From Podarcis vaucheri (Eukaryota), in assembly GCA_965113315.1 (NCBI GenBank), contig OZ220369.1: a stretch of DNA of 64,000 bases. The stretch is one strand, 5' to 3'. The notes under the pieces were generated by a model that was not told where the DNA came from, ran no database searches, and saw only the letters and a list, made by a program, of their open reading frames with translations. Shown in pieces: positions 24,050-36,180 of the stretch. The position numbers and the translations under genes are program-made. The stretch's first letter is position 1, and each line of letters begins with the position of its first letter.

Positions 24050-24270
24050 AGTGTGGCATAATGGTTAGAGTGTTCGACCAGAACCTGGGACAGCAGGGTT
24101 TGAATCCCAACTCAGCCATGAAGCTCATTGGGTGACCTTGGGCCAGTTGCTGCCTCTTAGCCTAACCTCTCTCACAGGGTTGTTGTGAGGATGAAACAGG
24201 GAACGAAGAACTATTTACTCCACCCTGAGCAACTTGGGAGGAAAAGGTGGGATATAAATGAAATAAATAC
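24050..24270 (+). mobile_element. Squamate tRNA-derived SINE abutting the PEPD exon 14 acceptor
   Basis: A-box tggcataatggttagag, B-box gggtttgaatccc, body actcagccatgaagctcattgggtgaccttgggccag...cctaacctctctcacagggttgttgtgagg, tail gggatataaatgaaataaat. Confidence 0.85.
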
Positions 24271-24910
24271 ACATTCACCCTGATATGGTTAAATTGGACC
24301 ATTGTGTTCAGACACAGTCTGTCGTGCTTCTCTCATTTCTTTACCGGCAGAATAGTATTTCTTTTTCCACTTAAAACGTTCCTAACATTTAACAGGAAGA
24401 AAAACTAGCTGCGACTGTTTGACACCCACACACCCGAGGCCTGCACTGTTCGGATGAACAGAGGTGGTGGGAAATGCCCAGCGAGAATGAGAAGGAGCAT
24501 GTCTAATTTCCTCGCTGCCCCTTGGGCTCCCAGCCCCATCCCACCCAGGAATACATTGAAGAGCTAAGAGTGCCTAATCTCGTGGATTAATGAAGTCCAT
24601 GATCCGGAAAGGATTAAATTAGCGGCTGGACCCCTGGGCCACCAGCCTTTTTTAATCTGAAAAATAAACTTGAAGATGCTTGGAACACAAAACCAAACAC
24701 AACCAGGTTCTCTTGGGTCCATCGCTTGTAAGCATCCCCCAGTGATGAATGATCAATTTCTACTAACTGGATACGAAGGCAGGGCCGGGCCAGTGCAAAG
24801 GCAGGATCCCCAGGAGTGCAGAAGGAGGGAATGCAATTACTGCTCCCCCTGCCCCAGAATCAGTTGGCCTGTGTTCCACTGACTTCATTCTCTTAAGAAA
24901 GCAGGACAGA

Positions 24911-24912
<2 letters not shown>

Positions 24913-24941
<29 letters not shown>
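24913..24941. repeat. (TG)n microsatellite
   Basis: About 14 TG units. Confidence 0.95.
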
Positions 24942-24943
<2 letters not shown>

Positions 24944-25775
24944 CGAAGGGCGGCAACTGGCAAAACCCTTGAAGAGAGGACCTAGGAAGGAGCATGGAAA
25001 AGGCTGCTTCTTCAGCTCTAAGTCTGCAATCTCACATACACCTTGGTACGTGGAAGCAGGTGGTTACGTCTTTGGGAATTCCTCCTCTGGGAAGCCCATC
25101 TGGCTGACTCTCCCTCTTCAAAACACTTGCAAGAATATGACCTTTCCCAGCAAGGCTTCAGAACAGGGGTCGTAAAAACCACAGGCCCTTGAGGGTGGTC
25201 CTCCAGGCCGCTCCACCGGATCTTTGGAGCATCTCCTGCACCCATTTGCACCCTCCCTGTGTGCTTTTTTGCCTGGTTGTGTCCTTGAGCTCTTGCTTGC
25301 CTGGGTGGAGGACAGAGCAGGGTATACATTGTGTAGAAACTAGCTTACTGTACAAAGGCAGAATTGACATTCGTTGCTCTGTCCACTTCTGCCTCTGGCT
25401 CTGGGGAAGCTTCCCAGAAAGGTGGTATGTGGCTCTTGAGCTGAAAGACTATTCTCCATCCCTGGAGAAATAGCAATCTGACTTTCCTGCCTTGCTTGGG
25501 GGTTGCCTTCTGGCAGGTTCTGCAATTAATTTGTGGCTGCTGCTTATGTTTTAGTTTGTGGCTTCTACGATAGGATTTTAAAGCCTGATAATGGGCTGGC
25601 AAAGCACTATGCATGTTTGCATAAACAAGTAAACACAGACAGCTGTTTGGAGGTGGCGGGACACGTGGAAGAAGGGGGACAGAGGCATGCCGACTTGATT
25701 GTTTCCAGATCTTTTGACTCCCTTTTGCAATCCTGGTGATTTAACTGGCACCCTTGGAGACGCTCCGATACTGAC

Positions 25776-25960
25776 CTCTGGGTAGCCTCCCACATCATGC
25801 ACGTCGATCCCAAGGAGGTGTCCAAGCCCGTGGGGCATAAATAACGCGCCCAGATGAACCTTCACCATGTCATCAACGTTGCCTCGGAGGATGCCAATTT
25901 TTGTGAGCTCTTCCAGATGGATTCGGTCGGCCAGACGGTGCATGTCAGGCCAGGAGACTC
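25776..25960 (-). CDS. PEPD: Prolidase exon 13 (185 nt): (G)[61 protein letters not shown]
   Basis: ttttctctgctcccctcaag|GA ... GAG|gtcagt; contains the PHGLGH..G.DVHD motif (H370, H377 equivalents). Confidence 0.98.
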
Positions 25961-28615
25961 CTTGAGGGGAGCAGAGAAAAATGGCTGCCATTAACTACTA
26001 TTTAGATGCTCTTTTAAATAGAAAATCAGGGCGGGGGAACACAGCAGCAGACGTGCACCCACCCAATGCCAGAGTTTTCATTTTAATACAAATGATGCTT
26101 TAAAGAATAAAGAAATGTTACTCAGCAAACAAACAAAAGAAAAACGGGAAATAAAGACATACAACATTTTTTCCTTTAAAGTAAAAGAGATACTAGACGC
26201 CTTTGCTTTTAGAGCAAAGGTGGGGGATCTTTGGCCCTCCAGATGTTGCTGACCTACAACTCCTATCATCCCTGCTGGCTGGGGCTGATGGGAATTGGGG
26301 TCCCAAGAGGGCCAAGGGTTCCTCACTAATGCTTTAACATGTCCCACATGAACAGCACCTTCACAGTCTTCATGGGGTGTTAATGTGCCCCACACATCAC
26401 TTGGGAAGGATGGATCCAATTCTGCATTGGACTTGGGATTGGGAGATCAGGGCATAAATTTAACCCTAAAGCTCACTAGGAGCACTGGGGCCAGAGACGA
26501 TCCTTTCAGTCAAAAAAAGCAATAAATCAGATGACTAAGTGAATTAATGCCTCCAGCATGTGACTTATTCCTCATCCTAAGAAAGAATAATTGTTTGAGT
26601 TTTTCTCTGTGTCCATCTTCCTGCTAATTTCCCCAGAGGGTTCACAATTTAATGAAGTCTTTCCCTCACCCACTCTCACCTCCACAACTCTGACAACCCC
26701 TCGTTGGAAGTCTCACATCCTCTCTCAAGCCAACAGGCCTTCCTGCTTGCCCAGCCCAGCCCAGTCTTGTGGAGAACAATTTTCCCCCTCCACCTGAATT
26801 CTCACTACCCCACAGGACACTTCTCCCGACCCATAAACACCCAAAATCCACAAAGCTATCATCACTTTTGTTATGTGTTTTATATTGTATTTGGAAGACT
26901 GATCTTCTTATTTAAGATTCAAATAGATCACCCACTCACTCACTTCTTTCCTCTCAAGTCATTTGAATGAACACAGCCTGTTTTGTGAATGTCCATGCCA
27001 GCTATTCCCAATGTGGAGCCCTTCAAATGTTTTGGATTGCAACTCCCTTCAGCCCCAGCCAGCGTAGCTCTATGCATGATGCTGGGGCTAATGGGAGCAC
27101 AGCAATGCCAGCTGAGGCTGATGGGAGCTATAGTTAGTCCAGAATATCTGGAGTCTACCGGGTTGGCAAAGGCTATCAACACGAATGGGTCCACCTTCCA
27201 TCCCTCCCTGTTCGCTCTCCATCTCCCTGAGGCCATTCAGATCCCCCCAAATGCCCCTGGGGTGAGGTCTTTCACCCCAGAACATCATCCTGCCAGGTGA
27301 CAGGAAGACTTTTAACTGGCATGTACAGATGTGTAACAAAATGTCCACACCTGTAAGCTTCCTTTCTCTGCAGTGAGCAGCTTGGAATACCTGCAGTTCT
27401 GGCTGGCTGCCCATCACTTTCCCTCTGACTGAAGCCCCTCTCACCCTTCCCCCTACCCAGAGCATACTTCATTTGGCCAACTGGCCATTTAACCAAAACC
27501 TCAAGAACCGTGATACTTATCCGACAAAGGCACTCCGAAATCTGCTGGTTGACTACTTTTAAATGAGCTGCAGTGACACAGAGCACATTGCTCCCTTGGT
27601 GGCGGGCACTGCACAGTTTTGCAGTGCATCTTTCGCACTGGCTGCCGTCACGCTGCTCCCTCCCACCCCACACTACGGGGCGTTGAGTCACTCCCAACAG
27701 GACCGTTTGCCAAACTAAGGTAACTGGGGTGAAGGTTTAGCAGCGAACGCTTTCCTTGTTCGGATTTGGCACACTCGTGTACGAGTCAGCAGTTTTTGCA
27801 TCCAAGAGGCCCTCCCAGTTTACATTTGCTTTACCCCCTTCAGTGGGGGAGAAAGCCTTGGGGGATGGGGGTATATCTTGTCTGAATTATGTTAACTTTT
27901 AAAAAAAGGAAACACACGCACAATGTGCTGAAAATAATCAGAAGGGAGGAACACTCCCCTAGCTCAGCACCAATAAAAAATTACCCTTGTCCTACCTCTC
28001 TGGAATAAAGGCCAGTAACAGATTATCCTTTTTTTTTTGGTGTGTGGTGTGGGCAACACAGCGGTTCAATACCCAAAGAATCACAGAGCTGGAAGGGACC
28101 ACCAAGGGTCATGTAGTCCAACCCCCAGCAATGGGAGGAATAGCAGCTAAAGAATCCTTGATAGATGGCCACCCAACCTCTGTTTTAAAACCTCAAAGGA
28201 AGGAGAGTTCAGCGTCTTCCAAGGTAGTCCTTTAAACTGTTTAAAGTTAGCTGGTTTCTGATTTTCACATTTTTATATTTGTTTTGTTGTTTAGTTTAAT
28301 GTACAGCTGTTGTAAACTGCTCTGATTTTTTTTAAGAATAGCAATATATAAATAGTTTTATCAAATGAATAAATAAATGCAACAAAAAACCCATTACACA
28401 GACACAATAAAACTTACTGAAAACAGTATGTAGGTGTCCGTATGGAAGGTTTCTAGGATGTTAGCTATTTTGGAATCAATACTTTTTATATATATAAAGG
28501 GAGCACCTGAGAATGAAGACTGTGGGGCAATGAGTTCATCTGAGATGGGAGGCTCAGTCTACTCCTATTATGCAGAGAGGCCGAGGCCCCTCACCCACAT
28601 ACCTTTGGAAATTGC

Positions 28616-29070
28616 AGAATCATAGACTTGTAGAGTTGGGATGCACCTAAGGGTCATTTAGTTCAACCCCGGGCAATGCAGGAATCATAGCTAAATAACA
28701 TTTGACAGCCCAACATCTGTTTAAAAACCTCCGGTCTCCTCTTTACCAGGCTAAACATACCCAAATTCCCTTGACTGTTCCTCATAAGGCTTGGTTTCCA
28801 GGCCCTTTATCATCTTGGTCACCCTCCTTTGCACATGTTCCAGCTTGTCAATATCCTTCTTAAACTGTAGTGCCCAGAAATGGACACAGGATTCCAGGTC
28901 TGGCCTGACCAAGGCAGAATAGAGTGGCACTATCATTTCCCTTGAACTGGACACTAGAGTTCCGTTGATGCAGCCTAGAACTGCAGTAACTTTTTTTTGC
29001 TGCTGCATCACACTGTTGACTCATGCTAAGGTTGTGGTCTACTAACACCCCTTGATCCTTTTCACATGTA
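28616..29070 (-). mobile_element. CR1 LINE 3' fragment
   Basis: ORF 28751..29011 AVLGCING...REMIVPLYSALVRPDLESCVHFW...KKDIDKLEHVQRRVTKMIKGLE is CR1 ORF2; agaatcatag tail near 28616. Confidence 0.85.
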
Positions 29071-32000
29071 CTAATAATTTGGCTAAAAGTGTGGAAATCA
29101 GAGGAAGGTTTTTTTTGGGATCTCATTAAGCTCCCATATATCACACAATGCTAAGAAATGAGGAAGCTGGCCCAAGTCTGGCTCAGTTTGCTTTGATCTT
29201 GACAAAATCAAGTTGCACTTTGGTGCTGAAATTGAAAGTATGATCAAAGAATCCCAGTGACTGGAGCTGGCATCACCCTGGAAAAGAAGAGTTCCTTGAG
29301 AGCCTCCCCCCACCCCCCAAAAAATAAAAAACTTTGCAGACCAGAACTTGAGAAGAATTCAGAAGAGGGTCTAATTAACATCAGCTTTTTACATGAGAGG
29401 CCCTGATGGCACATTAAAAGTTAGGCTGGGGCCAAAAAGACTTTGCAGAAGTTGCACATCTCCTTTCCTTTTACTGGCTACCCATTTTCATTAAGGAGGT
29501 GCTCAGAGACGCATTAATATATTATGCTCTGAGAGATGTCAGATTTTTCATCCTTCCCACCAAATCCATCCACCCCTCTAAATTAAAAGGTTCAGGGTCC
29601 TAAAGTCAGAGAAAACTCTTCATTATTTTTGCATGCAACTCAGGAATATTCAGCTTTAATCAGAGAAGCAATTTTAGGCCCCTTATAAGACTAATCCCCC
29701 TCTTCCAAGGCACAGGATACTCTCACAAGGAAAAATCTTCTTAACTGCCTGCATTCCCGATGACTAAAGGATTCATCTGCAGATACTCCTTTGAAAAAGA
29801 ACAGGCTCCAGAGGGTGGTGTAGTCAGGCGTTTGCTGCCCCGCCCAATTCCCCACTTTGCATAGGACACCTGAGATGGTCAGAGGCAGCAGAGGCAAATC
29901 CTTAGTCTCCATACTACACACTTCTTTCAGGTTAAGGTGTGCTGGCAAAGGCTGCTCTAACCACTACACCACACTGTCTAACATTGGTGAAATGCTCCCC
30001 GGGTTTTAGTGAACTGCTCTCCACTGGGCTGCTAATAGATCCACCCCCCTGACCCACCTGGAACCTTGGAAAATGCAACCTGCTCCCCAATACTGGGAGG
30101 TTCATCAGCCAGCCAGCCAGCCAGCCAGCTGTCAGCCATTCGAGGGCCAGGTTTACATAGTCTGATTGGAGAACCCTTGGACTTTGGACCACTGTCGCAT
30201 GAGACGTCTGTCCAAAGGGGAAATCTGCTGATGAGGCGTCTGCTTCATTCTTAATTCACTGCCAAATGAGATACGGTGCGATGTAGGTCAGTGAACCAAT
30301 AGATGACCTTCTCACCCAATGAGAATGGCTCACTATGGTTCCTCTGCTTCTTCCTGAGCATCGATGGAAGCGTGATGGGCCTGGACATGACACACCTTTT
30401 AGGGTCTCCCCACTCAGCTCTCCCTCTCTCTCTGTGCGGCTATAACAAGGACTGCTTGACTGCCACAACGTTGACCGTAGCCTTGGGCAAACAAGGTAAC
30501 TGCGCTTGACACAGGAATATGGATTAGTTAGCAAAGAGATTACGGCATCAGAAGCCATTCAGCTTTACAGAGGGCTAGCACAGTGAAGGCAGATTTCAAC
30601 ATGACTTTCAGGCTGCAGGAGAAGGAGTGAGGTGGTACTGCAGGGGCCCTGCCGCTGACTCTGCTAAAATACCAACTCCAGAAGGCTCCTCCCTCAGCTG
30701 TCATCCTTTCTGTCAGAGTACAGGAAGAGAGAGAAAGGCCAGCAGAGCCTCTCCATCAACTCTGCAACGTCTGACTCCTCGTCTCCTTGGAATCCGTCCA
30801 ATCCAGCTGGCCAGCAACTCTGCGCTACGAAATAGTGCAGAGTTTACTTGCTTTCCTCCTCCCTCCTAAACCTTCCTGTCCCCCTTTTGTGCTGTGTCTT
30901 TCATATTGTAAGCCCAAGAGCAGGGACTGCCTTCTCACAAACAACTTGTAAACTTTTTTTCCTGCTAAAGAGGGAGATAAAAAATGTTATAAAGAAACAC
31001 CTTAGGAAAGGGCTCTGAGGGCAAGCGAACAGTGGAGGCTGTCTCATCCCAAAGACTTGGAGACCCCTCACCCCGCTTAACGGCAGCGTTGAGGAGACTA
31101 ACAGACCCGATTCATGCAGTACAAACCACCAGGATAGGGATGGGGAACCCCAGGCCTTCCAGGCCTCTCAGTATGGGCCCCAAGACTCTCCCCACGCCAA
31201 TGGCCCATCTAGTCCAGCCTCCTGTTCTCACAGCAGCCAACTGGATGCCTCAGTGGGAAACTAGCAAGCAGTAATCAAGCACAAAAGCATTCAGAAGCAC
31301 ATTTGTCCGGTCCTATTATCAGCACATGGAAGGAGGAATCGCAATTCTAATTGGAACTGGGGTTGGAGAGGGAAAGGTGGGAATTCCCTACCACCACCAC
31401 CCCATCCAATGTACTGCTTCCAGGCGATGCACTGAGCATCATGCGCAAACCTGGCCATGAAACTCTTTTTGACAATCTGTTTCTCTAGATGCGCAGCTGC
31501 CAGTAACATAATTTAAAAATTTAAAAATAAATAAAATGCTGGCTGGGTGGAAAAACAGCAACGACATCTGAGCATATTTGGAAGCCCTTTCACATTTTTT
31601 CATACTTTGTGGAAGCAAACAGCATCCATCAGCGCAACAGCCGCCTTTTGCCCAGCGAGTGTCCAAGTGCCATGTCAGTTCAGCTGGGACTTTGGGGCAC
31701 ACGAGGCTATAAATAAATGGAGGAGAGATAGGGAGAGGCGACCTGTTGCCAAGTTGGCTCTGCTCGCTCCTTTCCTCAGGAGGCGTTTGAGAGACAAAAT
31801 AGCTTTTAATTGGAACGTGGGCGGAGTGTGTGTGTGTGTGGGGAGAGGGGGGTCTCAATGCTCTCTTACCGGGAGATCTGGTTTGATACAATAGGAAACC
31901 GCAAAGCAAGAAGAATGGGATTATAATGTTCATTAAAAAATGGTACATATGGGTGGGGAAAAGCAAGAACGAGATACAAACCCACCTTCCGCCAAGTACT

Positions 32001-32719
32001 TCATTCCTAACTTATTTAACACGTTTTTATCCTGCTCGTCAGATTAAAAAAAATTAATTAAATAAAGGCTAGCAGTGTAGCTGGAAGATCAATACAACTC
32101 CCATGTGGCTGGCTTAGCTGATGGCAGTTGTAGTCCAAGACATTTGGAGGGAACCAGGTGGGGTAAAGGCTGTTGAAGAGCCACCAGGAGGCCCCAGCAG
32201 GCCTGGCCTGTATAACCTGGAATAAGATCACAGAGAACTGCCTTGGTGGATCGGCCCAATGGCCTATCTAGTCCAGCATCCTGTTCTGATAGCAGCAGAC
32301 CAGATGCCCCCTATAGGAAGCCTGCAAGCAGGATCCGACTGCAAGGATCCTCTCTCAACTTGCCATTCCCGCCAACCGGCATTAAGAGGCATACTGCCTC
32401 CAATAGCAGAGGTAAAAATATGTCTCAGAATCCTTTACCACAGACCAGGGTTCCTCAGGCTGACCTCTAGGTGGAATGTCAAAAAGACCCTCTTTTAATT
32501 TTTTAAAAAATAATTAAAATTAAATAACAGTCATTATTGGTGCCATTCCATGCCACACCCACACCGGACATTTAAAGTGCTACAATACTTGGCATCCCCC
32601 AAAGAATCCTGGGAACTGTAGTTTGTAAAAGGTGCTGAGAGTTGTTAGAAGTTGTTATTCTGCTCCCCAGAGCTACTATTCCCCAGAGTTCCCTAGGAAG
32701 AGCAATTGATGCTAGGGAG

Positions 32720-33145
32720 GGAGCTGGGTATGTTTAGCCTGGAAAAGAGGTGACTGAAAGGAGACATGAGAGCCATCTTAAAATATCTAAGGGGTTCTCA
32801 CCTGGAAGATGGAGCAAGCTTGTTCTCTGCTGCTCCAGAGGGCAGGATCCAAATCAATGGATTCAAGTTAAAGGAAAGGAGTTTCACACTAGACATCAGG
32901 AAGAACTTTCTGGAAGCAAGAGCTGTTCGACAGTGGAACCGACTACCTTGGAAGGCGGTGGACCAGGCTTCCTCAACCTCGGCCCTCCAGCTGTTTTGAA
33001 ACTACAATTCCCATCATCCCTGATCACTGGTCCTGCTAGCTAGGGATCATGGGAGTTGTAGGCCAAAAACATCTGGAGGGCTGAGTTTGAGAAAGCCTGT
33101 GGTGGACTCTTGGGTCCCTTCCAACTCTACAATTCTCCAATTCTA
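32720..33145 (+). mobile_element. CR1 LINE 3' fragment interrupted by a MITE
   Basis: ORF 32766..32999 KYLRGSHLEDGASLFSAAPEGRIQINGFKLKERSFTLDIRKNFL...VRQWNRLP. Confidence 0.85.
32964..33099. mobile_element. Palindromic hAT MITE
   Basis: caggcttcctcaacctcggccctccag...ctggagggctgagtttgagaaagcctg fold-back; 8-bp TSD cggtggac / tggtggac. Confidence 0.85.
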
Positions 33146-33518
33146 TTACTGTTAAACCATTCTGGGAATGTAGATCTGGGGAGGGGAATAAGGGTCTCCT
33201 AACAATTCTCAGCACCCTTAACAAACTACAGCTCCCATAATTCTTTGGGGGAAGGTGTGACTTCGTGTATCACTCAGTCCCAGCAGAGCTAAGCAAATCT
33301 GCTGCAGATTTTAAACAGTGAAGAGGTGAAAAGATTCCTGATTAATGGAAGGCAGGTGATATCCAGAGGGGCTTGTCTGTCTGCTAGCAGTGGCACAAAG
33401 GGGGCAGCCCATCACCCCCAGTGAGTCTAGGGTATACGCACAGCAGCCTCTGGCAGGGCGACCTCCACAGAGGCTCCTTCTGTTCTGTTGATGTATTCTC
33501 CACCCCCCTTGTTCTTAC

Positions 33519-33667
33519 CTGGCTTGACAGCGCTTAGCACAGCCCGGTTTGACTTCAGCACAGCTTCGTAGATCGCCCGCTGGTCAGGGGTGAACTTCCC
33601 ATTTGCTGGAAACGTGCAGGTGATGTCTGAGCCGTAGCAATAGTACTCGCCTCCCATGTCAAAGAGG
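33519..33667 (-). CDS. PEPD: Prolidase exon 12 (149 nt): (C)[49 protein letters not shown](G)
   Basis: ctctctcttccctacag|C ... CCAG|gtaaga; contains metal ligands equivalent to D276 and D287. Confidence 0.98.
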
Positions 33668-34291
33668 CTGTAGGGAAGAGAGAGGTTTAGCACCTGGGAG
33701 AAAAGGGCATTAAGGACAGGAAGACTTCCTCCCCCCTAAGCTCAACTTGGACCTGGGTTCAAGGTTCAGCAGCACCTGAAAGTTAATCTCCAGGTACTAG
33801 GCGATCTGCCCCATCATCAAAAATATTTATTTTTTAAATAAGATTTCTACATCGCTTGATTGTTAAAAAAACAACAACTCAAAGTAGTTTGCAAAAAAAG
33901 ATAAAATTATAAAATTATCAATAAGAAAGGCTTGGCTATGGAAGAATGTTTTGAGCAGGTGCCAAAAAGTTACATTGAAGGCGCCTGCCTGATATCAACA
34001 GGCTGGGAGTTCCAAAGTGTAGGGGCTGCCACACTGAACAATCAAGTTCATGCAAATGCAGAACGAGGGCTATGTGACACCTGTAATAGTGTCAGTTCTG
34101 CCAGTTTTACTCATCCCTCCGCCTAAGCGACTTCCCAGGAAGGTTGTAAGAATGAAATGGGAGCAGGAGCCTGGTCAGTCACCCTGAACTCCTTGGAGGA
34201 ACCCGCTGCAGAAATCGAAGACAGACAGACAAGCTGATTCCTAACAGCAACATAAAACAAAGGGCTGGGCCGATGACACGAAAGGTCTGAT

Positions 34292-34465
34292 TGCAGCTCA
34301 GTGGCAGAGAATCTGCTTTACATGCAGAAGGTCACAGGTTCAATTCCCAGCATCTTCAGGAACAGATGGGAATGACCCCCATTTGAAATCCCAGAAAGTT
34401 GCTGCCAGCCAGTGTAGACAATACTGAGCTACATGGACCAGCCGTTGGATTCAGCATTAGACGGT
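34292..34465 (+). mobile_element. tRNA-derived SINE, second squamate family
   Basis: agctcagtggcagag A-box, ggttcaattccc B-box, then a non-tRNA body gctgccagccagtgtagacaatactgagcta; relatives on - at about 48640-48775 and 59960-60290. Confidence 0.7.
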
Positions 34466-34717
34466 CTCCCATATTCCCCGTAGCAGACCCTGCAATGCAC
34501 CCGGATGCCAGCTCTGTCCCCATATCCACTATTACAGGCCCCCAACAACACCAGAGGCTCATTTGCCTGCTCATCCCCCAAGGTGAGATCTGCTACCACC
34601 GGCTGCCTGCCTGCAACCAACAGACCAGTCTGAATGGATACAAATCTGGCATCTTAAAGTCACTGTGTGCCGGCCTTTGGGAGGATGGCTCAGGTGGACT
34701 CTGTTGACAGCTCAGAG

Positions 34718-34853
34718 CAGGCATAGGCAAACTCCAGCCCTCCAGATGTTTGGGACTACAATTCCCATCATCCCTAGCTAACAGGACCAGTGGTCAGGGA
34801 TGATGGGAATTGTAGTCCCAAACATCTGGAGGGCCAGAGTTTGCCTATGTCTG
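34718..34853. mobile_element. Palindromic hAT MITE
   Basis: caggcataggcaaactc...gagtttgcctatgtctg, near-perfect fold-back; TSD gctcagag / gcttagag. Confidence 0.9.
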
Positions 34854-35954
34854 GCTTAGAGTCTCTTAAATCCAGACTGAAATGGAAACAGGGTTCCCTT
34901 CCTATTATACGACAGGAGCTAAATTTGTTTGAACAACAGTAGGGCTACCAGTGACTTCTGGCAAGAACAGTGACTTATTCTCTTCTCCTCTCATAGGAGG
35001 AGAGCTGTTCCAACAGTGGAGTGGACTCCCTGAGAAGGTGGTGAACTGCCTATATCCAAGCAGAGGCTGGATGGCCATCTGCCAGGGATCCTTGAGCTGT
35101 GATTCCTGCATTGCAGGGGGTTGGGATAGATGACCCTTGGGGATACCATCCAACTCTACGGCTCTATGATTCTATGAGGCCAGCTGGTGATCTTGTATCA
35201 AGCAGATTTCTTAAGACTCCCAGGACCGGCCAGGCCCATCCTCCTTCCTCCCTGGGTCTCTCGTGCCTGACTCCCAGCACCAGGTGGGGACACATCGTTC
35301 CCAGTGTGCTGATCAAACAAGCGGCGATTAAAAGAAGCAGGGCAAAAGCCAGCCTTTGGAGTATGGACTTTTACTGTAAATAGCGTCACACCCACCACAT
35401 GTACAGGAAAGGTCAGTGTGCCTCCCGTTTTGTCTCAGTGAGTAAGGCAGCTGGCATCGGACAGCACATGGAGCAACTGATTGCATTTTCTTAAAACAGT
35501 GCACAAGCTCTCCTTGTCCGCAGAGGACGACTTCAATGCTGTTGCTTAACTTTGCCACCTAAGGAAGGATCCACATGACCCAGGCCCTTGGGGAGCAATG
35601 TCAAGGCTGGACTCGCAATGGCCCACCTTTCCCACAGACGGTCCAAAGTGTAACCCAGGTGCTGGGGGATGCAGCCCTCACAAGCCAAGGATACTTCCTG
35701 CCAGTTGGGGAAGTTATACTGGCTTTTTAACACAAGCACCTTAGTATGAGCCAGCTTTCCAACAGCTTACAGTCAACCCTGAGAGGCCTGGCTGATGTGA
35801 GGAAGGCAGCTGTGTTTCCTGCACTGGAGTGGGTTGGACTACTTGTCCCTTTTAGTCCCTTCCAATTACATTTCAGTGCTTCTATGGTTCTAGCCCCTTG
35901 GGTGCTGACTGTCAGCCAGCCCCCCAGAATCAGCCACTCCTGAACTGGGAAGTA

Positions 35955-36180
35955 CAGTGGTACCTTGGGTTACAGACACTTCAGGTTACAGACTCCGCTA
36001 ACCCAGAAATATTACCTCAGGTTAAGAACTTTCCTTCAGGATGAGAACAGAAATTGCGCAGCAGCAGTGCGGCAGCAGCAGGAGGCCTCATTAGCTAAAG
36101 TGGTGCTTCAGGTTAAGAACAGTTTCAGGTTAAGAACGGACCTCCAGAACGAAGTAAGTTCTTAACCCGAGGTACCACTG
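35955..36180 (+). mobile_element. Tc1/mariner MITE, CAGTGGTACCTCGGGTTA family, copy A
   Basis: TIRs cagtggtaccttgggtta / taacccgaggtaccactg; flanks TA / CA. Strand is arbitrary, relative to other copies. Confidence 0.9.

Noticed and set aside
25958-25963. NAGNAG tandem acceptor (AAG GAG) at PEPD exon 13
   Set aside because: A distal GAG is the weakest acceptor type; no evidence of use.
23641-33693. ORF-track PEPD ORFs (23641..24039, 25578..25991, 33427..33693) as separate genes or pseudogenes
   Set aside because: They are single PEPD exons read through into introns; homology stops exactly at GT/AG sites.
34292-34360. tRNA-like sequence; also the SINE heads at about 24050, 40066 and 51100
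   Set aside because: A and B boxes continue into SINE bodies, and no intact cloverleaf or poly-T terminator is seen, so these are not tRNA genes.
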